A stretch of DNA of 64,000 nucleotides from Flavobacteriales bacterium (GCA_965277895.1 CBDIDR010000001.1:512430-576429); one strand, 5' to 3'. Positions 29,210-39,091 are shown, numbered from the stretch's first letter. A program made the numbers and translations. Notes: generated by a model from the letters alone, not told the origin.

Positions 29210-29293
29210 GATTTTCACCCTAATTGTAACCATTAAATATTAAATCGCGTACAATTAAACACACATAACCTCCTTTATAAAACCTGTGTGCCT

Positions 29294-30083
29294 ATGAAAA
29301 TTAAAATTTGGACATTTATTTTTTTACTTCTTTTTGGTTTAGAAATTTAAGCCTTAAATTCCTTTAGCCACTCTGTTTATTTTGATGTCAATCAAAGTAT
29401 TTTGAGTGCTGAGGAGTTTAAGAAGTTTGAAAGCTATATCCAAAACGTGTCCAAAGAAAACAAGGTCATTAAAATAGAGGTGTTGGGCTATTGTGACGAT
29501 ATTGAACATGAAAGCATAGAGCTTAACCTATCAAAAAAACGCTCTAACTATATAAAGAATAAGTTAAAAAAAGTATTTAGTAAGCAGCAACTAAAGCAAA
29601 TTAATTGGTGTCATAAACTGGACTGGCAGTCTATGGACACCGAGCAGATAAATTCTCTTTTGGCAAAATACAGACGTATCGATATTGTTTTCAATGTAAA
29701 AGAGAATAAACATACCGCTTCACCTTCAGTGCAAAAAGGTGATAAATTTATTCTTAACGGCATTCTTTTTAAAGGTGGTGAGGATATCTTACTTGAAGAA
29801 TCCATGCCTACCCTAAAAACCTTATACAATGAATTGATTAAGAACCCTAATTTGATAATTCAAATACAAGGGCATATCTATGATGCTGATTTTACCTTTA
29901 CTGATGTATCAGCAAATGAAATGACTCTGTCCGCTCGCAGAGCCAAACGCATATTCGATTACTTACTCTTTAAGGGTGTTGATGATTCAAGGCTATCATA
30001 TATTGGTTTTGAAGGTCAATATCCCTCTTGGTAAAGGACCTAAGTTCGATAGGCGAGTCGAGGTTGAAATAATAGCTATCTAA
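29294..30083 (+). pseudogene. OmpA-family (OmpA_C-like) envelope protein gene disrupted by an in-frame TAA and a late 1-nt frameshift
   Basis: ATG 29294 encodes a signal-like MKIKIWTFIFLLLFGLEI, then TAA (29348-29350). The same frame continues ALNSFSHSVYFDVNQSI into track ORF 29402..30034. That ORF ends GFEGQYPSW*, but the +1 frame from 30024 reads PLGKGPKFDRRVEVEIIAI* (stop 30081-30083), the canonical OmpA-domain C-terminus. Confidence 0.6.
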
Positions 30084-30125
30084 AGCTATTTCGTTTGCTT
30101 CTATTTTAGTTTATCTTTGTTCTGA

Positions 30126-31151
30126 ATGAACGATAATTTAAATCCAGAAAGAGAATCCCTTTCTAAGGTAGATTTAGAACTTGACAAGGCATTACGTCCC
30201 AAGCAGTTTGATGATTTTAGTGGTCAACCCAAAGTGGTTGAAAACCTAAAAGTATTTGTTAGTGCTGCAAAAATGAGGGGCGAAGCACTTGACCACGTCT
30301 TGCTACATGGCCCTCCGGGATTAGGAAAAACCACCTTATCAAATATTATTGCCAATGAAATGGGTGTTGGAATTAAAATCAGTTCTGGACCTGTATTAGA
30401 TAAACCAGGAGACCTCGCGGGTTTATTAACCAACCTTGAAGAAGGCGATATTTTATTCATAGATGAGATACACCGTTTGAGCCCTATTGTGGAAGAGTAT
30501 TTATACTCCGCTATGGAAGACTTTAAGATTGATATTATGATTGAGTCAGGGCCAAATGCAAGAGCGGTTCAAATAGAACTTAATCCCTTTACATTAATTG
30601 GCGCTACAACACGCTCAGGCCTACTCACAGCACCTCTAAGAGCACGATTTGGCATCAACTCACGACTGGAGTATTATAAGATTGAAACGCTTTCAGATAT
30701 CGTTAATCGTTCATCTAGTATTTTAGATATTTCCATTTCAAAATCGGCATCCGACGAAATTGCCGGACGTAGTAGAGGGACACCACGTATTGCCAACGCT
30801 TTGTTGCGTCGAGTAAGGGATTTTGCCCAAGTCAAAGGTGATGGAACCATTACCCTTGATATCACTCATATAGCTTTAGATGCTTTGAACGTAGATGCTC
30901 ATGGCCTGGATGAAATGGATAACCGTATTCTATTGGCAATTATCGATAAGTTTAAAGGCGGACCAGTTGGCTTAACTACCATTGCCACAGCCGTTGGTGA
31001 ACAAAGCGGTACTATTGAAGAGGTGTATGAACCCTTTTTAATTCAAGAAGGCTATCTCATGCGTACACCAAGAGGAAGACAAGCTACTGAAAAAGCCTAT
31101 CAACATTTAGGTTTAAATCCATCTTCACAAATCGGTGGTCTCTTCGAATAA
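30126..31151 (+). CDS. ruvB: Holliday junction branch migration helicase RuvB
   Basis: Walker [10 protein letters not shown], Walker B FIDEIHRL, and the [17 protein letters not shown] motif. Confidence 0.95.
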   Translation: MNDNLNPERESLSKVDLELDKALRPKQFDDFSGQPKVVENLKVFVSAAKMRGEALDHVLLHGPPGLGKTTLSNIIANEMGVGIKISSGPVLDKPGDLAGLLTNLEEGDILFIDEIHRLSPIVEEYLYSAMEDFKIDIMIESGPNARAVQIELNPFTLIGATTRSGLLTAPLRARFGINSRLEYYKIETLSDIVNRSSSILDISISKSASDEIAGRSRGTPRIANALLRRVRDFAQVKGDGTITLDITHIALDALNVDAHGLDEMDNRILLAIIDKFKGGPVGLTTIATAVGEQSGTIEEVYEPFLIQEGYLMRTPRGRQATEKAYQHLGLNPSSQIGGLFE

Positions 31152-32058
31152 ATCCTACAAAAAGATAATTTCTGATGAAGCACTTCGCTTAGGGTTTTCG
31201 CATTGTGGCTTTTCCAAAGCAGACTTTTTAGAAGAAGAAGCCCCTCGTTTAGAAAAATGGTTAAATGACAATCATCACGGTGAAATGTCTTATATGGTAA
31301 ATCATTTTGATAAACGTCTAGATCCTAGGTTATTGGTTGATAATGCCAAAACTGTCGTTTCATTATTACTAAACTATTATACTGATGAACGTCAAAATTC
31401 AGATGCACCAAAACTATCTAAGTATGCTTATGGCGAAGATTATCATTTTGTAATAAAGGACAAACTCAAAAGTTTACTCGCCTTTATTCAAAACGAAATA
31501 GGAGAGGTTAATGGCCGAGTATTTGTGGATAGTGCACCTGTAATGGATAAAGCTTGGGCAGTAAAAGGAGGCTTAGGATGGATGGGTAAAAACACCAATA
31601 TTATAAATAAGTCCAGAGGCTCCTTCTTCTTTATTGCAGAGTTGATAATTGATTTAGAGATTGAGCCAGATAAGCCAGTGCTAGATCATTGTGGCACATG
31701 TACCGCTTGCATAGATGCTTGTCCAACACAAGCCATTGTAGCACCTTATCAGATTGATGGAAGTAAGTGTATTTCCTATTTCACTATAGAGCTAAAGGAT
31801 TCTATTCCCAATGATATGAAGGGTAAAATGGAAGATTGGATGTTTGGTTGTGATGTTTGCCAAGATGTGTGCCCTTGGAATAGATTTTCAATTCAGCACA
31901 ATGAAGAACGCTTTAGTCCTCATCCAGATTTATTGAATATGACCAAAGACGATTGGAATGAAATGAATGAGCTTACCTTCAGCAAAATCTTTAAAAAATC
32001 AGCTGTAAAGCGAACAAAATTTTCAGGGTTGAAGCGAAATCTAGATTTTCTTAAATAG
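31135..32058 (+). CDS. queG: Epoxyqueuosine reductase QueG
   Basis: Two ferredoxin-type clusters, [12 protein letters not shown] and [11 protein letters not shown], and the GLGWMGKNT motif. The GTG start overlaps the ruvB end, so the exact start is uncertain. Confidence 0.85.
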   Translation: MVSSNKSYKKIISDEALRLGFSHCGFSKADFLEEEAPRLEKWLNDNHHGEMSYMVNHFDKRLDPRLLVDNAKTVVSLLLNYYTDERQNSDAPKLSKYAYGEDYHFVIKDKLKSLLAFIQNEIGEVNGRVFVDSAPVMDKAWAVKGGLGWMGKNTNIINKSRGSFFFIAELIIDLEIEPDKPVLDHCGTCTACIDACPTQAIVAPYQIDGSKCISYFTIELKDSIPNDMKGKMEDWMFGCDVCQDVCPWNRFSIQHNEERFSPHPDLLNMTKDDWNEMNELTFSKIFKKSAVKRTKFSGLKRNLDFLK

Positions 32059-32236
32059 TACTTTCAAAAACCTCAATAATTATGCTTTTGTAGTTAGAAA
32101 ATGTCGTTAGACACCAGATTTTCAATAATAGAAGTTCGTGCTTATTTAAAAGACCAGTAGATTTTCGTAATTCTTTCTTAAATAATTGCTTGTCAAAAGA
32201 AACTTTTTGGAGTATGGTTTGGCAGAACTTGAGCAT
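32051..32236 (-). CDS. Small hypothetical protein (61 aa), possibly the last gene of the minus-strand operon
   Basis: ORF only. It starts 35 nt downstream of the ubiX stop on the same strand, is Lys-rich, and has no recognisable motif. Confidence 0.2.
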   Translation of the reverse strand: MLKFCQTILQKVSFDKQLFKKELRKSTGLLNKHELLLLKIWCLTTFSNYKSIIIEVFESTI

Positions 32237-32270
32237 AATAAATCGTTTTTTACAAAACGTAGAGGATACT

Positions 32271-32840
32271 CTATTTATTGCCCCACTGATAGGAATCTAA
32301 TTCGAGACCACTTAGAGAAATTACTCTGTCGACTACTGTAGCGGCTAGTTCTTCAAATGTATTAGGGTTGCTATAAAAAGAAGGTGTAGCAGGACAAACT
32401 ATACCGCCGGCTTCAGTAATAGTCTTCATATTATTGATATGAATAAGATTCAAAGGTGTATCACGTGCTACTAAAATCAGCTTTCTTCTTTCCTTTAAAA
32501 TAACGTCAGCCGATCTAGTAGTTAGGTCATTAGAAATACCCTGAGCTATTCGCCCTAAAGTACCCATAGAACATGGGCAAATAATCATTGTTTCAAATCT
32601 GGCTGAACCCGATGCAAAGGGAGCGGTAAAATCTTGTGGAGAATAAAATGTGAAAGGCAAATCCTTATAGCCAGTGTTACCAAGTTCTGTCTTCCATACA
32701 TACTTAGCATTATCAGACATGAGTACTCCAACTTCATCAATTTGATCAGAGAGTTGTTGCAGCCTATCAAACAACACTTTAGCATAGATAGCACCACTGG
32801 CACCACTTACTGAAACGACTATTTTTTGTTTCTTACTCAT
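32271..32840 (-). CDS. ubiX: Flavin prenyltransferase UbiX (prenyl-FMN synthase)
   Basis: 189 aa with the pattern VSGASGAIYA ... ICPCSMGTLGRIAQG ... Overlaps the upstream gene by 4 nt. Confidence 0.9.
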   Translation of the reverse strand: MSKKQKIVVSVSGASGAIYAKVLFDRLQQLSDQIDEVGVLMSDNAKYVWKTELGNTGYKDLPFTFYSPQDFTAPFASGSARFETMIICPCSMGTLGRIAQGISNDLTTRSADVILKERRKLILVARDTPLNLIHINNMKTITEAGGIVCPATPSFYSNPNTFEELAATVVDRVISLSGLELDSYQWGNK

Positions 32841-33427
32841 TCAGAGTACAAATATCGGAAAGAAAAACTTAATATGGAATTATATTTTCCTTTGTTTAGC
32901 CCATAAGTAGCTCCTCCTGGATGGTCTTGGATAGGTGTGAATGGCAATGAATTAGTGATTTCCCAAAACATAAAAAGTCTTGGTTTTAGCTTAATCCCTG
33001 CGGCTAATTTTGCTCCAATGTCGAATTTATTGTAATCACTTTTTGTGACATCTTTATAGCCATAAATATCATAGGTTTTACCATCTAGCAGTACGGAAAA
33101 CAGCAAGCCGCCTTCATAAATAAATCCTTTTGATGATTTTTGTACACACCAAGATGTTTCAATGTATGATAAGTCAATTCGGAAATTACTGTTGAGGTCA
33201 TTACTACCTTTATCAATGTAATACATAGCTAATTCTCCTCTAGTGGCTAAGTTTATGGGATGGTTTACAAAGGAACCCAATTTTACACCCACTTTATTGA
33301 AGCCTCCTAATTGGTCACCAGAAACTTGTGAAGTACTAATACCTCCTATGGCACCAGCCTTGAAATTCTGTGCCGATAGTATTCCAGCAGTAAGTAGTAA
33401 AATGAATATAAAGTGTAATCGAATCAT
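32837..33427 (-). CDS. Small predicted outer-membrane beta-barrel protein (porin-family-like)
   Basis: Signal peptide (LTAGILSAQ). 196 aa with alternating hydrophobic beta-strand pattern throughout. No enzyme motif. Confidence 0.5.
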   Translation of the reverse strand: MIRLHFIFILLLTAGILSAQNFKAGAIGGISTSQVSGDQLGGFNKVGVKLGSFVNHPINLATRGELAMYYIDKGSNDLNSNFRIDLSYIETSWCVQKSSKGFIYEGGLLFSVLLDGKTYDIYGYKDVTKSDYNKFDIGAKLAAGIKLKPRLFMFWEITNSLPFTPIQDHPGGATYGLNKGKYNSILSFSFRYLYSE

Positions 33428-34383
33428 CTAAAGCTTACGCCAATACCAGCTGAAGTTATAGGGTAGTCTGAAAACGTTTGGTTGGCATAGATTGTAAATA
33501 TAGCAAATTGAAGCCTAACCCCTGCCGCTACTTGAAAAACTGATTGGGATTCAAATTCCATATCTAGAGGGACATTAAATTCGATGACATTAGTACTTCC
33601 AAGTTGAAAATTGGTGTTAGAACTGAATGAAGTTTTCACAGAGTTATAACCCATACTTCCATAGGCAGTAATGAGTGCGAATTTCTTAGACAATATAAGG
33701 TTATATGTAGCGGCATCAATATCTAAACTTACATCTTGCTTTACACTTTGACTTTCGACTTCAAAAGACGTTTTAAATCTACTTAACGCTCCTTGAAAGG
33801 ATAGGTCGAAAGGCAGTTTGTTCACAATAGGTATCCATTGAAGGAGATCGTGCTTTACACCTGCTCCATATAATTTGATAGAACCTTCACCAATGAAACC
33901 GATATCATAGTCATAAGCAGGTATATATCTTACATTTACTTCAGTGCCTTTGAAAAAACCAATGCCAGCATTCAGGGTTGGAATAGGAATAGATGTTAAA
34001 GAGACATTTTGTTCAGGCATAGTAAATGTACTCGAAAAATTACTTCCTGTATAGTCAATCTCCGCACCCATTCCTTCACCAAGAATCGTGGGTGTAAAAT
34101 TATCACTACTACTAAAATTAGCAATGTCATTTGGGTTGAATGATTTTTGCTCGTCTGAAAGGGTTATCATGTTTATTGTAAGGCTCACATCAAAACCAGC
34201 TAGTTTATGAGGTTTAGCAGTATTGTACCAACCGCTATTAAGTCCTGCTCCTATACTATTTGAGAAGGGGGAAAAATAGGCTGATAAGAACGCCTCTGCA
34301 TCATCGCTATTAACGATGTTGTTTTGTTGAGCACTAGATGAAAGAAATACAAATGCAAAAATTAAGGTTAAGATGTTTTTCAT
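33424..34383 (-). CDS. Secreted/outer-membrane hypothetical protein
   Basis: Signal peptide FLSSSAQ. 319 aa, beta-rich composition, no recognisable catalytic motif. Confidence 0.45.
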   Translation of the reverse strand: MKNILTLIFAFVFLSSSAQQNNIVNSDDAEAFLSAYFSPFSNSIGAGLNSGWYNTAKPHKLAGFDVSLTINMITLSDEQKSFNPNDIANFSSSDNFTPTILGEGMGAEIDYTGSNFSSTFTMPEQNVSLTSIPIPTLNAGIGFFKGTEVNVRYIPAYDYDIGFIGEGSIKLYGAGVKHDLLQWIPIVNKLPFDLSFQGALSRFKTSFEVESQSVKQDVSLDIDAATYNLILSKKFALITAYGSMGYNSVKTSFSSNTNFQLGSTNVIEFNVPLDMEFESQSVFQVAAGVRLQFAIFTIYANQTFSDYPITSAGIGVSFR

Positions 34384-34395
34384 AGTCTAATTTCT

Positions 34396-35196
34396 TTAAT
34401 CAGTTAGATGAATCTTTTCGGCTTGCAATACTTCTTTATTGCTATCATTGTATACGTAAGCCACTACATTGCAGTTACTTCTTACCCAATTATTATCTAA
34501 ACTATAATCAAATTCGAATGAGGAATATTCGCTAGTCAAAGTAATATCAGTACCCCAAGTGCCATTAACATTGGTTCTTAAGACGTGGTTATGCTCGTAA
34601 TCTTCCACTAAATCTACACCGTCAATTTGGTAATCAATAATTTTATCTTCGGTAATACATACCACTAACTTTAAGTTCCCGCTTATATCACTCAAACTTT
34701 TAGCCCGTACTGTAATTTTGTTATTACTTTCTGAAAGTAATATTCCTACTGATGGCGTTTGATTTAGGATTTCAGTGACCATGCTTGCCCACTCTGTATA
34801 GTCTACGAGTACATTTTCAGGATATCCTTTTCTATTTACCATTCCGATAGGAAAACTCTCAGGGCCAAAAAAGGTAGCTAATTCGTCTCCAGCAGTTGTT
34901 CTAAAATCGGTAGTAAATACCCCAGATGGTGCGGCGAAAAAACCAGAGTGTACGCCAATACCTACAATTTTACCTTCAAATAAGTTTTCAATAGTATGTA
35001 ACTCAGAAGATGCTAAGGGGCAGTTTGTACACTTGTAGCCAGTGAAGTCTTCAATGAGTACTTTTTGCACAATAGTAGTTGTATCGACTCCACCGCCGCC
35101 ATTATTATCTCCTTGAAGAAAATCGGTTCTTTCAATTTTATCGCAAGAACTAAAAAATGCAATCAATACGATTAGATATGTAGTTGTAATTTTCAT
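34396..35196 (-). CDS. Lipoprotein with thioredoxin-like CxxC region (Omp28-related family, by recollection)
   Basis: Lipobox AFFSSC followed by a Gly-rich linker, then VLIEDFTGYKCTNCP (CxxC). Confidence 0.55.
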   Translation of the reverse strand: MKITTTYLIVLIAFFSSCDKIERTDFLQGDNNGGGGVDTTTIVQKVLIEDFTGYKCTNCPLASSELHTIENLFEGKIVGIGVHSGFFAAPSGVFTTDFRTTAGDELATFFGPESFPIGMVNRKGYPENVLVDYTEWASMVTEILNQTPSVGILLSESNNKITVRAKSLSDISGNLKLVVCITEDKIIDYQIDGVDLVEDYEHNHVLRTNVNGTWGTDITLTSEYSSFEFDYSLDNNWVRSNCNVVAYVYNDSNKEVLQAEKIHLTD

Positions 35197-35199
35197 GTT

Positions 35200-36855
35200 T
35201 TAAAAGCTTGAGGTGATACTTAAAGTAAATCCGTTGGAAGATGGTACGTTTTTACAAACTCCTCCTACACAAAATACACCTTCACGTTTTTTACCATATC
35301 CTAATTCAAATCTATTCGTTCCTTTTGAGTAACCACAACTAATGTTGAGGTAATGAACAGCTTCATGCGACACGCCATCGTGGTCCGTGTAGCCGCCATT
35401 GTATTGGTCTATAAAGGCAAAAAACCAGTGTGGGGAAAAGGTATATTCTACTAGGCCCATTACCCAATCGCCTTGGTCATAGTCATATTCTTTGCTGTCA
35501 TCAATAGATAAATATTGAAACTCTGTTCTTACTGTATGTTTTGGCTTTATTTTATAATTCACATCAATAATACCTATTCTTGCGTGAATATCTTTACCGT
35601 AGTTTTTACCTTGAATAACATCTTTGTTGTATATAATATTAAGGTAGTTTGCCATAACTTTTACCTTTTTGCTGATTTTCTTTTTGATGTCAAAATTGAA
35701 GTCTCTAAAATATAACTCCTCACCAATAACACTAAAGAACATAGGGGTATGGCTTTCTGTTTCAGTCAGTACAGATGAACCACCATTTAGACCATTTATT
35801 CTGGAATAGTTAAGGCCTAATTGCGTGCCGTATTTACCACCTAGTGGGCTTTTCTTTTTAAAGGTATAATTTACTTGTCCTTGAAAGCCTAATTCGCCTA
35901 ATGGTTGTGTTGCAAAAGGGTAAAAGGCAGCCAAGGTATAGACGTGTTGCTTGCTTATTGCAGGAATGAAGTTTAAGGTCAGTTCTTTTCCAGTTCCCCC
36001 TCTTTTTGAGCGATAATCCATATTATCTACTCTATGTGCCTCAAGAATAATACCTAAACCTCTTTCAGAGTATGTTAAATTTGCCATTAATGCGTTGCCC
36101 GGAGCATAGTTGTTGTAGGTTACGCCACCAGCAGGGTCATTAAATTTGTAAGCGTACTCTGAATTGAAGGAAAACTTTCCTCTGTTAACAGTTGTTCTTA
36201 ATGCATATGCAGCAACATTTTCTGGAAGGTTATAAACAGGGTTATTGTCTTCTTGAAAACGACTTACAAAGCTACCTCCAACAATGGCGTTTGTTTTGCT
36301 GTTTTCTAAAGAAAGAGCATCATTAACATTTAATTCACCATCAATTCCTCGAATGATACCAGGACCTTGTTCCCAAAATAAACGCTGTTTAGCCACAAAA
36401 CCTTTAAGGGATAAACCTTTAGCTGGAGTATATTTTAAGCGAACCCCATCCATAGCGTTATCGATTCCTAAGCTTTTTTCTTCATAACTTCTGAAGATAA
36501 GTCCATTACCAAACTGCTCATAGAAATTACCAACGGTAATGTCTAATCCATACACATTGTACTGTGCAAATCGGTAGGGAATACCATTTCCATTGAATCT
36601 AGAGTCAAAGTCTTGAAGGGCATTTAGGTAGCTTTCGTAACGAATACCTGCAGTAAAGTTACCTTTATTGAACAGGATATTTGAATAACCATTCATTAGC
36701 ATAAACTCATCTACTTTTGATGCGTTTATTGAAGGGTCTTCTGTATAGGTTTGTGCATTAAAGTTAAAATCCCCTTGAATAGTTCCAGGGGAATTTTCTT
36801 GACCGAATACTACAAACGGTAAAAGCACTATTAGGAGGAGATTTAATTTTTTCAT
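35200..36855 (-). CDS. Predicted outer-membrane beta-barrel protein (DUF6029-like, by recollection) with a C-terminal CVGGVC pair
   Basis: Signal peptide VVFGQ. 551 aa, beta-strand-rich, terminal residue Phe (...LSITSSF). The FCVGGVCKNVP motif lies ~20 aa from the C-terminus. Confidence 0.5.
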   Translation of the reverse strand: MKKLNLLLIVLLPFVVFGQENSPGTIQGDFNFNAQTYTEDPSINASKVDEFMLMNGYSNILFNKGNFTAGIRYESYLNALQDFDSRFNGNGIPYRFAQYNVYGLDITVGNFYEQFGNGLIFRSYEEKSLGIDNAMDGVRLKYTPAKGLSLKGFVAKQRLFWEQGPGIIRGIDGELNVNDALSLENSKTNAIVGGSFVSRFQEDNNPVYNLPENVAAYALRTTVNRGKFSFNSEYAYKFNDPAGGVTYNNYAPGNALMANLTYSERGLGIILEAHRVDNMDYRSKRGGTGKELTLNFIPAISKQHVYTLAAFYPFATQPLGELGFQGQVNYTFKKKSPLGGKYGTQLGLNYSRINGLNGGSSVLTETESHTPMFFSVIGEELYFRDFNFDIKKKISKKVKVMANYLNIIYNKDVIQGKNYGKDIHARIGIIDVNYKIKPKHTVRTEFQYLSIDDSKEYDYDQGDWVMGLVEYTFSPHWFFAFIDQYNGGYTDHDGVSHEAVHYLNISCGYSKGTNRFELGYGKKREGVFCVGGVCKNVPSSNGFTLSITSSF

Positions 36856-36858
36856 TGT

Positions 36859-37350
36859 CTATTTTGAAAGTGCTTCTATTTGCTCATATAGTTCGTATTC
36901 ATCACCATCTTTGTAGCCAGTGTGTTGCCAAACAATTTCTTTCTTAGAATTAAGTAAGAAAGTATGTGGTACACCTCCTACACCCATAGCTCTTTTGAAA
37001 TCTCCGTTTGGATCACAGTAGACTTCGTATTCCCACATTTCTGAATTTACTTTAGGCTTAACTTTTGACATATTTCTTGCATCATCAATAGAAATAGCAA
37101 TAATTTTTACGTCTGTTTCATCTTGCCAATCTTCGTACACTTCAGCAATGGTAGATAATTCTTTGATACAAGGTTTGCACCAAGTTGCCCAAAAACTGAT
37201 AACAATAGGGTTGCCGTCATTATCAAATTCTGATGAGTTGATTATGGTGTTCTCTAAAGTTTTTAAATCAACTTTTGGTAGTGTTCTGTTTTGCGAAAAG
37301 GCTACAAAATTGATGCTGATTAGAGCGGAAATTAAAAGGAATTTTTTCAT
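36859..37350 (-). CDS. TlpA/ResA-like periplasmic thiol:disulfide oxidoreductase
   Basis: Signal peptide and the thioredoxin-fold active site SFWATWCKPCIKEL. 163 aa. Confidence 0.85.
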   Translation of the reverse strand: MKKFLLISALISINFVAFSQNRTLPKVDLKTLENTIINSSEFDNDGNPIVISFWATWCKPCIKELSTIAEVYEDWQDETDVKIIAISIDDARNMSKVKPKVNSEMWEYEVYCDPNGDFKRAMGVGGVPHTFLLNSKKEIVWQHTGYKDGDEYELYEQIEALSK

Positions 37351-37372
37351 AGTATTTTATTTTTTAAGCATT

Positions 37373-37418
37373 AAAAAAAGGTCAGCAATTAGTTTTGGCT
37401 AATCTACTGACCTTTTTT
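37373..37418. terminator. Bidirectional-looking terminator hairpin between the T9SS thioredoxin gene and the tlpA-like operon
   Basis: GGTCAG (37380-37385) pairs with CTGACC (37407-37412), with an inner ATTAG/CTAAT pairing. An A7 run lies upstream and T6 downstream, so it can terminate either strand. Confidence 0.6.
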
Positions 37419-37437
37419 GTTTTTAGCAAATTAACTC

Positions 37438-38955
37438 TTACTTGCTAACAGTAATTTTTATTGTATTGATTTCACCGTTTATTGATAGGTGAGCAAAGTA
37501 AATACCGTTAGTCATTTTATCAACGTTAATGCCTATAGTGTTATTGCCAGAATTTAGAGAATAGTTTTCTCTCATAATAGTTTTACCTAATACATCTACA
37601 ATTTCAAGGGTAGTATTAGCATTTTCTAATAAGTCTACTGAAATGGTAGCATTAGAAGAAATTGGATTTGGATATAAGGATACTGAGATATTATTTCCTT
37701 CAATAATTGAAGTTGTTCCTTCTCCATCTGAGTCAGCACCAAAGTTTTCTTTTGTATTAAATCCAAAGTTTGGCTTACTCATGTTTTCAATAACTGCTGT
37801 ATTTCCAGCATAAACTGCATATCCTGCCTCATCTAAACTTGATAAAGAAATACCATCACCAAAAGAATCGTCAATATTTAGTTCATAGCAGTCAACTCCA
37901 GCAGGTAATGCTACAGGATATTCAAAGGTTTGCATAGCGTCAGGGCCACCTGCTCCATATTGATCATCTGTTCCAGCCTCATAAGGTCCAAAACTTGCGA
38001 GAGTATTACCATTGCCGTCGTTTAATTCCCAAGTAATTTCACCAGGGTAATTATCTGTAACTATTACAACTTTCACTAAATTTTCGGAGGTAAATCCAGC
38101 CAGGCTAACAAATATCTTACCTTCATTTCCATCAGTATACAAATCAGTGGTTCCATTAGGCTGTGATACAACAACGTCAAAATTAAGTTCATTTTGTACA
38201 TTGTCAATTTCAGTGAACTCAACTGTAGTAGTAGCTAAAGAGGCTAAATTACCTTGCCAGTTTACTGTTTCTATTGCTTCTGCATTTCCTTCTTCAAATA
38301 ATTCAATTGTAGCTGATGTTAAATTATTAGTTCCATAGTTACACAATGTGATGCTTGGTGTTACACTTTCGCCTGCAATACACATGATGTTAGTGTTATC
38401 TTCTAAAGATGAGTTATCAGTTGCACCAACAGGAGAAACACCACAGTTTGCAGAAAATTGTGATAATACACTTGCTGTAGGTGATTGACCAAATTCATAT
38501 ATAGTTCCATCTGGACAAACACCATATATTGTAGGGTAATATGATATTTCTAATAAATTGCCTACGGAATTGTCATCAATTATTGGATAAGGAGTACCTT
38601 CAATCCAGTTTCCTTGAGTGCCGCTAGTAGTGCCTTCTAGGTCAGCTTGACCCGTGTTGGCGTCTCCTTCGACAAATAATACGCCGATTTCATTACTTCC
38701 TCCTGGACCGTATACATTGTATAAGTCTTTGAGAGTATGTGCTTCATGGAATGACCAACAAGGTCCACACCAAGTTGCAGATACGTCAATGATAACTGGC
38801 ATGCCATTATTTAAGTAGTCAGAGTATAAAGAATGGGAATTTCCATTAATATCAACTGCTGTGAAATCTGGGGCAGTAGAGCCATCTGCTAATTGTGCAG
38901 TTGCGTTAAATGTAAATGACACTAAACACGCTAAGGCTAATAAATATGCTTTCAT
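37438..38955 (-). CDS. T9SS-secreted thioredoxin-fold protein (WCGPC) with middle beta-rich domains and a type-A C-terminal sorting domain
   Basis: Preferred start MKAYLLALACLVSFTFNATAQ (ATG at 38955-38953). Redoxin-like N-terminal domain APDFTAVDINGN...IIDVSATWCGPCW. C-terminus VSLYPNPISSNATISVDL...NGIYFAHLSINGEINTIKITVSK. Confidence 0.75.
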   Translation of the reverse strand: MKAYLLALACLVSFTFNATAQLADGSTAPDFTAVDINGNSHSLYSDYLNNGMPVIIDVSATWCGPCWSFHEAHTLKDLYNVYGPGGSNEIGVLFVEGDANTGQADLEGTTSGTQGNWIEGTPYPIIDDNSVGNLLEISYYPTIYGVCPDGTIYEFGQSPTASVLSQFSANCGVSPVGATDNSSLEDNTNIMCIAGESVTPSITLCNYGTNNLTSATIELFEEGNAEAIETVNWQGNLASLATTTVEFTEIDNVQNELNFDVVVSQPNGTTDLYTDGNEGKIFVSLAGFTSENLVKVVIVTDNYPGEITWELNDGNGNTLASFGPYEAGTDDQYGAGGPDAMQTFEYPVALPAGVDCYELNIDDSFGDGISLSSLDEAGYAVYAGNTAVIENMSKPNFGFNTKENFGADSDGEGTTSIIEGNNISVSLYPNPISSNATISVDLLENANTTLEIVDVLGKTIMRENYSLNSGNNTIGINVDKMTNGIYFAHLSINGEINTIKITVSK

Positions 38956-38985
38956 AAAATTGTATTGATTAAGGTTAGTTTGACA

Positions 38986-38993
38986 CAAAATTA
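38986..38993 (-). promoter_or_regulatory. Candidate -7 promoter box (TAATTTTG on the minus strand)
   Basis: The plus strand reads CAAAATTA, matching TAnnTTTG on the minus strand. It lies 30 nt upstream of the preferred ATG at 38955. Confidence 0.35.
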
Positions 38994-39039
38994 ATAAAAA
39001 ATGATAACTAAACAGTTAAAAAAGAGAGATTATACTTAC

Positions 39040-39073
39040 AAAAAAAAGAGCAGCCAAATTTGACTGCTCTTTT
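39040..39073 (-). terminator. Rho-independent terminator after the short Omp28-like gene
   Basis: AGAGCAG (39047-39053) pairs with CTGCTCT (39064-39070). On the minus strand the hairpin is followed by T8 (plus-strand A-run 39040-39047). Confidence 0.7.
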
Positions 39074-39091
39074 AATTACTTTCTAAATTTA

